DNA from: Takakia lepidozioides
Lineage: Eukaryota; Plantae; Bryophyta
Reading direction: 5' to 3'
Length of the DNA: 64,000 nt
Assembly (NCBI GenBank): GCA_030704615.1
Contig: CM060734.1
Coordinates: 28,892,001-28,956,000 of the forward strand
Made by a program: the position numbers and the translations under genes. Shown here piece after piece: positions 49,693 to 61,201 of the stretch; positions within the stretch are counted from its first letter, which is position 1, and every line of letters begins with the position of its first letter. The notes below the pieces were generated by a model that did not search any database, was not told where the DNA came from, and was given only the letters and a program-made list of their open reading frames with translations.

Positions 49693-51643
49693 AGCTGCCC
49701 TGCCCTCGTGGCACTGTCACTTAGCCGTTATCATTTATTCCCCCCCCCCTCTTTTGAAATTGTGTCCGTACAATTTTGTTAGTTTCGGTGTTTGTTGTGT
49801 CTCCTCGGGGGCATGTAGGGTGGTGGCATGCCTGTCTGCTGGTTGAGAAGTGTCTCCTACGTTGGTGATGGTTTTGGTGGCATCTTCTTGTTCCTGTTCT
49901 TCACTGTCTGGTGCCTCCCTTGGCTCCTGTATGGGCCAGCTCTTGTCATCCGGATGTTCTGATTTCCCTTCGTTGCGTACCATGTCTATCTTGGTGGAGA
50001 GAATCTCGTGGTAAGTGAGCGGCTCCTCCCTGGTCCAAGGCACAATGTTTTTGGTTGTCTTGCGGCCCATTAACCAGTTAAGTGTTTGCGTCCCTGTCTC
50101 CCTGCAGGGGTGGTCTCTATCCAGTACCAACGGTGAGAAGTGGTCCTTCGCCTGGCGCCATGCTTCAGCGTATCGTGGTCTGTTTACATATGCTGAGGTG
50201 CCCGAGACTCTCTCTGCTGGCTGGAACTTGGATAATTCCCAGTGCGTATCCTTGTCAATGCTTTCATAACGCTGCCAGCTTGCCCGCATTGTGATGAACA
50301 TCCTGTACAAGTAACTGCCAATATAAAAGCTTGGGCAGACCATTACCACATCTACTGCTGGGGTCTTCAACTACCTCATTGCCCACATGTAAACCACCAG
50401 CTCTTTGTACTCCAGGGGAGCTTGGCGCCAGAATTCGACCCCTAACCATGTCTCCTCCTTGCCTAGTGGCCTCATCCTGTATCTCAAAGGTATGAGCATT
50501 TGATTGAGTAGATGTAGTTGGCCTAATGATTTGCAGGGGGTTAAGGCCTTGAATACCTTTTCCAACATCTCTGGGATTTGTTGGGCTGGCATGATCATCA
50601 TCTTAAAGTATTCTTTTGAATACTTGAGCCATTCCCCATCCTGTTTGCATGGCATGATTTGAAAATCATCCACTGCTATCGAAGCTGATGCCACGCAGTC
50701 CTTTTATCGGCTAACGCCATATGCATATTACAAGTCCTATCCTCCTCAAAGTCCTGCACCGTCACCCAATTTACAACTCGATTGGTATTACTATTACCAA
50801 AAGAATGTGATGGTCCTGCAGCGGATGGAGCTGTACTCGATACTGTTGGCATAGGCGCCGATTGAGATTGCTGATGCAAGGGAGCTTGTGGGTATGGACT
50901 CTCGCACTATACCGCAGTATGTCCCTGGCCACCACAGCGGCCACACAATGGTATATAATCGACAGGGGCCTAAGGGTTAGAACACTCATTGGTGATATGG
51001 CCTGGCATCTCATGACATTGATAGCAGACAGGGTATTGCCCGTTCCTCAATCGCCTTGCAGGTGGTCGAAAAGATTGATTAGGCTGTTGTGAGTACATCT
51101 GTTGTTGTTGATTGCCTCCATAGGATTGTCCATAAGCTCCTTGGGTGGTATTCCCTTTGTGGCCTGGCAGGCTGATTGGCTGCCTGATACCAGCTCTGTG
51201 GTCCACGGGTTGGTCGCCAAGGTTGCTGATTTCTAGGAGACGACTCCGGCCATTGTGCAGGCATAGTCTGCATTGCGGGTGCTATTGATAACCCAACCTG
51301 ATTGACGTCCCATCTTGTTTTGCGGTTATTATTGGCTGGCGTTAGACCCATAGCTGATTGCAAATGCCAACACTGCAATATTACATGGCCTGTCTTGCCA
51401 CAATAACCACATTTAACACAAGTTCCATTAATAGGATTGGTCACTGGGTTTAAGGGACACTCATTAGCAAGGTGACCTTGGACTTGACAAGTAGAGCACC
51501 ACATATTGGCCCTCTGATTGTTTGGCTTAGGCCTTCCTTCCCTCTTAGAGGCCAATTGCACGGAGAGCTCTTCCATTCGTTTAGTTAATGCGGCAATCTG
51601 TCCTTCCTGCGGATCAATTACTACACCAGCTGGTAACTGATTA
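49687..51643 (-). mobile_element. Internally deleted Gypsy-type element: gag C-terminus fused to the 3' accessory ORF, PPT and a 47-bp TG...CA LTR remnant
   Basis: Three CCHC knuckles (CSTCQVQGHLANEC, CGYCGKTGHVILQC, CYQC..GHITNEC); junction at ~50694; PPT AAAAGAGGGGGGGGGGAATAAA then TGATAAC...TTTAACA (49733-49687). Confidence 0.8.
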
Positions 51644-52138
51644 TGTAAGGACGTGGGGGAATTATCTACTTCTAGTTAATTATGACATTTTGGATATTTA
51701 TATTTTATATTTTGTGTGTTGAAACTTCATTTGGTCTCATATGTCATGTGAGGTGTCAAGCCTCACATGAGACATGGGGATATGTTTCCTCTTGTGAGGG
51801 TTGAGGAGGCTCATCTTCTTGTAGTTGAGCCTCCATGAATCTCTCTGCATAGCTCTAGGTATTGTGAGGGAGTGTGTTGAGGGCTTTGTAGGGTGGATTC
51901 CCTTAGCAATGATGCCCTTGGCTTGACTTAGTTTATGTGATAGTGTGGATTTTCACTTGGAAGGACTAGGGTTTGCTCTCAATGTGATTGCTTTTATGCT
52001 TGGAGTGTTTTCATTGTCTTCCACTTCTCTCATTTCTCATCTCATATCACGATTGTGGCATAGCTTGTTAGGCTCGTGTGCTTAGAATGTGTGGTGGACA
52101 ACGATGCATGTTGCGGCACGATGCTTATGTGCATGACA
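51644..52138 (+). repeat. LTR-like sequence (495 bp)
   Basis: TGTAAGG...GCATGACA; its 3' end (GGACAACGATG...TATGTGCATGACA) resembles the 3' end of the 48813-48999 LTR; no TSD. Confidence 0.55.
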
Positions 52139-53875
52139 AGGGGCGGATTGCATTTCCTTAAAAAATGTCCTCAAGAGACCAGTCATTGCTAGCTAGTAAC
52201 AGGTTTATGTAAAGTGCAGCAGACATGCACAACTGATGGAGAGAAATCTAGTTTTATTCTAGACATTGAGTCGCGCTCTTTGAATCTGTTTTTGAGGTTG
52301 CCGAATGCTCTTTCAATACTCATTCTTGTCGCACTGTGCTTCATATTGAACCATGTTTCTTCTAGTGTGAGAGGGGTCCCAACCGTGTCTTGCTTGAATG
52401 GTGTGATGCACCATTTCAACAACGGGTAGCCACGGTCTCCTACGATATATGGAGGAAGGAATACCCGAAAGGCAAAGTTGCGGGGTCAACATTCAAGCCT
52501 CCCATGATGCCCTACTCAGTCTTCTTGTACAACTGATAAGAGTCATATATGGAGCCCGGGACTCCGGTGTTTACTGAGGTGAAGTAGTAGTTGTTGTCCA
52601 CCACCCCCTGTAGCAGAATACAGAAAGACTTCATTCTATTCCTATGGTCCGACGCGATCGTTGTGTTGCTGGGAGCCTTGATAATAAGGTGGCTGCCATC
52701 AATGGCTCCTATACAGTTAGGGAGCCACTGTTTTTTCTCAAAGTCACGAGTTATTTTTGTGTAAGCGTGCACCACGGGGCCCACTAATGAGGTTTCCTAG
52801 TGTCAAGCATATTGCTGGCACAACCTCCCTCAATATATCGCAGACAGTGGCCTTGCCAATCCCAGCCTTGTCGGCAACCAACGCATTTGTATGCCCATGC
52901 ATGAGTTTGTATTGACAATGTTCTTCTCGACGGAGATAGACTGCCTCCAATTTGTAGGTTGTCATGTTATGAAAGGGCGAAGGTCGACGACTCATTGCAG
53001 AGTCGGTAAAAGGTACGTTTGCGTATACGAAGGATTTCATACCACTGGTCGGGGGTGTAAATGTCGAAAATGAAATGGTCGAACCAATATAATGAGAGAG
53101 GTTTGACATACCACCTGCTTGAGAGGGTTTCTGCGTGCCACAGGATAATGTCAAATATGGTTTTCGCGTGTGGAAGTGGCTCTATGTCAAGAGCTTTTCA
53201 TCCCACTTCATCAACACATCTTTGCTCGATAATTCGCGAGCCTCGTATGACTGTCTTTTTCTCTTCCTACTTTTCTTCACATGGCCTTTGGCATGGTCTG
53301 AATAGATGAGAATGATGTTTGTTGCACACATGACAAGCTGCAAACTTGAGAGGAGCATGGACATTATGACTCCGAATGAAGTTTGTTCATGTATGTGATT
53401 GTACATGACTGGGGCAGGGGCCTCCTCTTCAGCTGGTGGGTCGGGGTACGGTGGGTTCGAGGGTGGCATGAATGTAGGTCTTGGAGGCTCAGGAGGATAC
53501 CAAGGGGTCGGGAAAGTTGGGCCCGGAGGTTCAAGCGGGTTCCAGGGAGGCGTCAACGTCAGTCGTGAAGGCTCGAGGTGGATTCCAGGGCTGTGCCTGG
53601 GCGGCGCAGGGTCAGGAAGCGGCTGAAGAGACGCTTTGGCAACGGTGGTCGGCCGGTGTAGAAGGATCCTCAGGCCAGCCACCCACTAGTCCAGTCAGCA
53701 GCAAAATCTACCAAAATTTTTACTGCGCCAAAAGATGAAGAGGAGCGCCAAAAACATTTAAAATTATTTTTTACGCTCAATAAAGAGCTGGAGCGCGGGC
53801 TTTTCACCTGTTTGTTTGCAGCCCCTACAGAGACTCCCTATAGAGACTCGGGCTCCGCCCGTCTCTATAGGGGCC
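52139..53875 (-). mobile_element. PIF/Harbinger transposon with degenerate transposase (~52189-53680); one terminus present
   Basis: CIGAIDGSH, LQGVVD, PGSIYDS, GDRGYPL, FNMKHSATRMSIERAFGNLKNRF, CCTLH; ends ...GGGCC|TTA at 53875 with a terminal hairpin at 53836-53872. Confidence 0.9.
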
Positions 53876-54587
53876 TTAAACAGGTGAACGCCCTTGCTCA
53901 AGCTCTTTACCCTATACAGAAACGTAGAACAGGTTCCAGCAACACGTACATAGAACACACGACATCTACAAACTAATAACATCCTGCCATTATCAGGTGT
54001 TTACATTTAGATTAGTTTCTGCCGACTTGAATAGAACAGAAATATAGCACCAGATATGCAGTCTGAACTTGCACAAGATACAAAGTATTCCTTCAATGGC
54101 TCCAAGCACCCAAAAAAATGGTCGGCAGTAAGAGAAATAGTGTGTTTCAAAGTACCAAACCAACCTTATTTGCCAGGGCGTTATTGAAGTGGCAGTTTCT
54201 GTGAGCGATTATTAGCATTTGCTTCAGTTCCTTGCAGAGAGGATTGCAGTTATTCAAGTTGTCTCCTCGAGGAATCCATCTTCCTGCCTATTTTCTGCCT
54301 ACTATACAAGAGTATCCGGCCAAAAGAACTGCTGAATTCTTGGGTACCCCTGCACATCCCCGTGGTGCCGAGTAACTTTCACCGTCCTAAGTGTACTTGG
54401 TAAGTCCAGTTAGCAGATCACCGCATAGAAAATACCCTATCGACACTAGAAACCTGATATCCACGTCCATAGTCTAACCACCCGCCCACCCTCCCTCCAA
54501 ACAGAATGCACACAACTTGCCTAAGGAACTGCCCACCAGATGATGTTCCTTCCACAGGCGCTGCCGAGACATTCATGGAGATCCTTG

Positions 54588-57183
54588 TTAATAGGTCCAC
54601 TCTGATGGAAGGCTGAACTCAGGGGATGCAGCCTGCTGCAAGATGGATGGTTGGAACTTTCGATGCAATGCAGGCCAAGCATCTTCAGATGCCAGTTTGG
54701 GGGACCCAGCCACCCGAGTATTCATCATGGATGGAGATGACGGAGATGAAGGCAACAATGTAGAATAATCTGGCAGCAAGGGGTTGGTGAGTTTGAAATC
54801 TTTGGGGCAACTAGAGCAATCACAAATGAAGCTATCAATGCTCAATATGTGTTAAGACCACATCGAGAACAATTATACAAAACCACCCACCAAGACGCAC
54901 TGCTACCAAACTAGTGACAACCCAGATGCACTGTTCCCAGGCACGTGACCCAAGACAACAATTTACAGAAGGCCCACCTGCACGAGAAGAAGGGTTGGAA
55001 AGCATGTCTTCAATGTCGAGGTTCAGCACTTGGACTATTCGTGAGGGCAAAAGCACTGTGGAACACACTGATCCCCAACCATACCAGATAATGACAACGC
55101 ATTTTTATAAATGCTTCATGGTAGTCCTATATCCTTCACACAAACCATACATTGAGGCCTACATCTGCAAATGTACAAGTAATGAACCTCTGCAGAATGC
55201 CATCTCCTGGCTGGTCCTCTTCAGTTCCAATGCAGACCAGTACTGCGTGAAAAGGAGACTCACCAGGCTTTCTCCTGTAGTCACAGCCACCTCCCGCTCG
55301 AGGAAGGAAAACACCAGTCCCACCAGATTCATGGCCAGAACCCCCTGATCCAAGGAAAACTGCACGCATGCCTGACCCACCACTGGCAGATGGGGTGCTC
55401 TGCCACTGAGGGGAGTTGCTGTCTATCGCCCTTCCTAGCTGATCTGTGGCCACCCTTGTGTCGGCCAGGACGGTAAACTTGCTGCTGCTGAGATAGCTCG
55501 AGTCTGCTTTTTCGGGTCCACCCCGATGCTGTCCCAAGTTTGGCTGTCCGATACTGCTCAAAGGAAAGGCTCGCCCTCAGTAGCCATACAACAATATGCG
55601 ATATTGACAGTAAGGGATCCAACGAAATAATAGCAAGACCACTTTTACAACAGTTTGCAGCAGTGACTTAAATCACTACACGCATCAACACTTTCACTGC
55701 GTGCTTCCACTAATACAGGAGTACATTCAAACATGTCTTCAAACAAACGAAGGCTTTCTAGCGAGGTTTCAAGTTACCAATACTCATGCCAGGTTATAGA
55801 CAACGCAAAGGGGTTCAGGAAGTAAGCCATCTGAGGACAGCTAGAGAAGGCTAGATTTATGCAAAGAATCACTACCTGGTTATTAGAACACTTGCGTTCC
55901 TCGTCTCTCCTGCGTGCACTCCAGCTGCGTTGCAATGTAGGTCCCAGAGTGGCAACTTTCTCCCTGGGGATAATCATGCTCGGCAGACTTGACGGAGCCA
56001 TGGTACAAACGGGGTATGAAGAAAGCGAAGTCTTTCCTTCTACACAACCAAGCTCTGCAAGCTGCGCTTGAGAAGGCAGAGGCTGATGCTTCCAGTGTGG
56101 CGGTCTTTGCCATATCTGGTGCTCTGCAGTATGCGTGATGAGAGAGACGATGGAAGAGACATAGCGCTTCTCTCCTCGTTCATCTTTAATCTCACAACTT
56201 CACCTGCTGCAGCATACAGTAGGTCCCAAGAATCATTTTGGATAGCCAAGGGCGTTGATGGTGGAGATGAGACCTGGGATGATACCTGGAAGAGCCCTTT
56301 GAACTGACCGTGCTCCTACTCGCCCAGCTTCTAGGCGACCAGCTGGACGGAGGAGAAGTGATCACCTGTGCCCAATATCGTCAAGAATCGTCATCCCTAC
56401 ATTGTTTTAGAACTTTGTAACAAGGACGTAGCTAATTGGGAGAGGGGGAGCAAGGAGTTACACACACTACTCGATCTACGATGAAAGAGTCATCACGAAC
56501 AGTCTACCAGACTGAAAAGCAAAGGACAAGTGCTTCCGAGAAAGATTTTGAACTCACAAATACTACTGAAGTACGTTTGACGAGACAGGTAGCTGGTTGT
56601 AAAAAAAATGAAACACATTCTCAACTTCCAAAGGAATGATCCGGGGAAACACATAGGGACCACATACGAGTTTACTTGTTACGACTGAGCCGACATGAAT
56701 GCAGCACATGCTAGCTTACAGGATTGAATAGAAGATAGGCAGCAGACTCTGACAAACGTTCACACCAGACGCCAAAGAGAAGAGTACCTTGTTTAAACCT
56801 AAACTTGACGTGCATCCGATATCCGCGGACCATTTCCCGCTGAAAACTTCGGGCTTGTCATGATCATCCTCATCGAGCATTGAGTGTGCTATCTGCTCGG
56901 CCAGTCCCGCTAAAAGCTCGTCATCCTCGTCACTTTCAGTTTCAGTAGAGCAAGAAGAAGACTCCATGGAGGAACCAGAAACTTCTGGCCACTGTCCACA
57001 AGCAGCAGAGTCGTAGGGGAAATCGAGAGGGAAGTGCGTTCGCCCTCCAATTCGTTTCACGTCTTCAGAAGCATGAACTACACCGCCTTTGCTGATTGTG
57101 GCCATCAGCATTGTCAAGGAAGTTTCATCGTCTCTTATATTGGAGCAAATGAGGCCATGAACTCTGGCTACTTCGAAAGCCAT
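54588..57183 (-). pseudogene. Plant-specific uncharacterised protein (At3g54000-like, often annotated 'TIP41-like'), about 5 exons, apparent frameshifts
   Basis: Motifs FPLDFPY, TETESDEDDELLAGL, WDLLYAAAGEVVRLKM, GMRAVFLG, GTGVFLPR, CSTVLLPSRIVQVLNL, LPSEWTY*. Exons about 57183-56788, 56365-55876, 55553-55264, 55067-~54978, 54769-54588. Confidence 0.8.
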
Positions 57184-57749
57184 CTTTAATCGTCACCTTG
57201 TCTCACTTCTAGTCTGGAATCGGAAGAACTTCCAATCTTACTCCCCAGCGGAGACCTTGAGTACACTTTTGCGAACTCTTGGCTTCACAATCTGTAATTT
57301 TGAGAGAAAATTCTACGTAGGACCACCTCCATCACAAGACCACTTCTACGCTGCGCTTCATCACGTATCCCCGTTCCCAGTATAAACTTTGCAATCCATC
57401 AGACCTCTCCTTACAATTTCCAACCAGTCTTTGCACGACCCTGGTTCCTGAGCTACACAGCAAAGCCACTTTCAGCCATGATGTAGTGGCCCCTATCGAT
57501 CTGGGCCTGACGCTTCTCTTCAGACCATCCTCTACACGACGATACCAGGTTTAGGCAAGATTTCCTAGCAATGTGTACTATCGCGAGAATGGGGATAGCC
57601 TAACGCAAGAGAAAATGACCGCATTAACAGCTGTCACCCTAATACGAGCTCCAACTCAAGAGCTACGGAAGCTCTCAGTCCTTCGATATGTGGTTAGACG
57701 AGGGTGCAAGCTTTTGCTACACAGCAGGACCTCTCGTGCAGTCACCTTA

Positions 57750-57860
57750 TTGTTCCGGGTGGCATCGTGGTGGAGTACATCTTCCAAGAAGGACTTTGTG
57801 AACCGGGTGGTGCAAAGGGGGACTCCCAAGATTCTGATGCCATTGGGCGAAGCAATGAAG
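57750..57860 (-). mobile_element. Short non-LTR RT (thumb-region) fragment, CRE/R2-like
   Basis: GIRILGVPL..TRFTKSFLEDVLHHD. Confidence 0.5.
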
Positions 57861-57967
57861 TGAGGGGGGGACCAAAATCTGCAGGTAGACCGGACGGAGA
57901 CCACACTGCACATTTGCTAGGTTGCTTCTCGTTTTGTGTTTTGTTTTGAAAAGGCCCAGCATGATAC

Positions 57968-58430
57968 CCTTTTCTTTTTGTTTCCCCACAAAAGAGAAAA
58001 CCGAGGCCCTCACACATTTTATTCATGGGGGGAGGGGGGCGGGGGGAAGGGAATGAAAACAGCAATCGCATCGAGCATACACACCAAGGTGGTGATGGAC
58101 CAACCCCGGGACTCGTCAAAAGAAACTAATTTGGCAAGCCAAGCAAAGTCGGAAAGAAGCAAAGAGCATCCATGTGGGAGGAAAAAAGAAGAGTCGGGGG
58201 CTTCCAAAACGCCTCTCGTTAGCGTCTTGAATGCATCGCGGGGCCCACACATGGTGGGGCCCGCAAAAAGGAGAGGGTCACCCCATGGGTCTCCAGGTAT
58301 GGCCTGCAGCATGGAGGGTCTCCTCATGCCCCACTTGGCAAACCTGCAGACCTGTAGACCCGCAGACTTGCCGGAGGGCCTCTCCTTAGGCGCATACGCT
58401 AATCCATGTCGAAATATAGACTAAACTAAT
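57968..58430 (-). mobile_element. Possible 5'-truncated LINE 3' end
   Basis: On the - strand an ORF-like stretch is followed by AATAAA, AGGGCCTC and an A-rich tail, similar in layout to the 3' end at 5778-5826. Confidence 0.35.
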
Positions 58431-58454
58431 TAAAATTTGAAGGCTGGTGAGAGA

Positions 58455-58525
58455 GTGACATGTATCAAAGTGGTTACATGTAATCCTTGCAAGTATGGTG
58501 GTCGTGGTTTCAAATCTTGCATGAT
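58455..58525 (+). mobile_element. Degenerate tRNA-derived SINE head (Pol III A/B boxes)
   Basis: TATCAAAGTGG (A-box-like) and GGTCGTGGTTTCAAATC (B-box-like) about 33 nt apart. Confidence 0.35.
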
Positions 58526-59537
58526 AGGATGGTATGTTGAGATACTTCTGAACAATTTTTTTGAAGTTGGGAAAACTCGAAATAAGACTCCGCGATGTAG
58601 CTCCGCGTTTCGCGGTGAGAGAGGGAGAGAAGGTGAGAGAAGCCCAACGGATCCTTCCCCACCATCGTCTCTACGGTGCGAAGCCAGCATCCTTAGACCC
58701 TCAAGTTCTCGGTGCCTTGCCCCCGAGACGCCTGCCTTTCTCAGTTAAGGAAAAGATTTCAAAACCCCATATAATGAATGCTCTTCATCCCAGCTCGGTT
58801 CAAAGCTCAGACCCAAACGTCGTCCTTTCATTCCATCCATTTCCAGGCTTGACACAACCTTGCTTCTAATCATCGCGCACCTCACGAAGTACTACTTACA
58901 TTTGTGCCATATCCTGTGAGACTAAGTTGTACTATGATGAAACGAAGTTGGTTTGACAGCTTGATGAACTTCCTCCCTTCATTCCACCCCGACCACATCT
59001 GATGCTTTCATTCAAGACTTGCATATTATCACCTTCATAACTCTAGCCGCCAAGCACCTGTACACACAGGATTCCCTCTCCCCCACAAGCTCAAGCCTCC
59101 CCTCATTCATCTCTCACTAATAGGCAGCCGACAACCTCTGCAAACTCCAGCAGCTCCTCCCCCATTCACGCGCTCTTGAATCCCCTCTTCAGCGCCGCTC
59201 CTTCTCTTCTTTCTTCACCTCCTCACTTTCCCCTCTCGACCCGTACCATTCGGTGCCCCACAATCATTTGTCTCTCCCCGCTAGCTTCAATCACCCTCAT
59301 CCTTCTAGTGTTCCCATAGCCTACTTCTTGGTTGTGGTTCTGCCTCTTGTAGTGATTCTGCCTCTTGTTGTGATTTCAGTCAGCGCTGTGTTGCTATCTC
59401 CCCTCCTCGCCATCCTTCTCCATGGGTCCTTACCCAAGTAGTGGCCTTAAGGGAGCAGCTAAAGGCCGTCGGCAACACAACTACATTTGCCTTCCAGTCT
59501 CTCGCAAATCGCAGCCCTCTTCGGGAACGGGCTTCTT

Positions 59538-61201
59538 CATGGCGCACCAGGCGCAAACCAAAATTGCAGTGACAGCGGAGCTCCCTCCCCAGCTCCACCT
59601 CCCCGGACCTTCCTCATCGCACATCCCAGTCCCTGTTCCAGGCTCTTTGCAACAGCGCAATGGCACTTCTCACAGTGCTGAGGTAGCTTCAATGGAATCA
59701 TGGAAGGTACTGCAGACACTATGCCGGAGTGATCGGAGGCCCCCTCGGCTCTGCAGCTAGCAATGTCCGAGGATGATCCACTGGTCAATGTAGACCTTGA
59801 ATTCCCTGATGACATGGTCTCCGAAATATGGGGAATGGGGGTGCTCCTGCACTTCCCGGGGAAAAAAGTGGACAGAGATTTTTCCAGGGAATGGGCAATT
59901 AAGCACTTGGGGGGATCAGGGGATATAAGGCAGCAGTTCTGCCACTCCAGGGGCAAAGGCTTCTATTCCATCCTGTTGGATACAAAAGAAGCGGCGGATA
60001 GAGCCCTTTCATTTAACCCACACCTCCAGGGATTCAACGGAAATATTTTTCCCTGGTCTACGACATTGGGTAACCGAAATGGGAAAGTTTGGGCCCCCAG
60101 GATTATAGCTCTTCCATACATCCCATATCAGTACCTCTTTTGCCTACCGGACATAGGCAATCACTTTGGAGTTTTCTTGGGTTGCCTTTCGGTTTTTGAT
60201 CCGGAAATGTGCACAAAGGCTCTCAAAAAACATCTAGCTTGGAGGGGGGTAACTATTGCATCGAAAGTTCATGAACAGGATTTGCAAAGATTGTGGTCTC
60301 AATGCCAGCTGATGCAACGCTGCCTGAGTTTATTCATCTGCCCATTGACAGGGACGGTAATTATTTCTCAGTAAAAATCACTGAAGACACTTCATCTACC
60401 GCTTGCTACACCTGTGGTCAAACAGGCCATTTGAGGGTTAACTGCCCAAAAGCCAAGCGCAAGATAACCTCCATGCATGGCTCCCCTAGTTCACAGGCAC
60501 ATGCTCAGGCTCACAATCACAATTCCGAACACTTCCCAACTAATGCCAATCGAAATGGCCCTGATGCTGCAGTCCCGAAAGCTGCAGGCCTATACAACGA
60601 CTCTCTTTTTCCCAACCAAGGAAATTGGGACTCTTTCCTGCCTCAATCTTCTACCTCTCCACCCGGGAAGAGGCTCAAAGACCACGTGGATCCCATGATG
60701 GCAGAAGCGGCAGCTACAGTGTTGGCACCAGCACCCCACATGGTTGGAGTTGCCCCGCCACTCCGCCCCAGATCCGATCATATTCACAATTCTATCCCAA
60801 GGGCAGGCTCCTCCAAGCCTCCGGCACACTTCCAGACAAGGCAAAAATCAACAGTGACTACATCAAATGCAGGCAAAACTACAATTGCAATCAACCCTGT
60901 CATTGCTAGGAACTGTGCAAGGCTCCGGTCGTTTCCTAGTTTGGCTCTGAGGGGTTGCTTGCAACTGCTACATGGGACTGCCCCAAAAGCAACTTGCATC
61001 ACTCCACTCATTTTTTGAAGGACGCCACAACCAGCTCTGCTTGCCACGGTCCCACAAGGGATCGCTATGGAGTTACACTGGATCACCACTGCGGACGTGC
61101 AGTACTTCATGGCTACCTGCCCTATCGATGGGGACCCCATCCCCACTCTTAGGGAGAAAATTCAGTCCATTCTGCTGAAGTATTCATCCAACTATTCATT
61201 G
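59538..61201 (+). pseudogene. L1-clade LINE ORF1 (DUF4283/RRM-like + CCHC knuckle), interrupted at its 3' end
   Basis: GKGFYSILL, NIFPW, LPYIPYQY, CYTCGQTGHLRVNCP; homologous to window position 2 onward. Confidence 0.88.

Noticed and set aside
58455-58525. Functional tRNA gene
   Set aside because: Boxes are degenerate and no convincing acceptor or anticodon stems can be formed.
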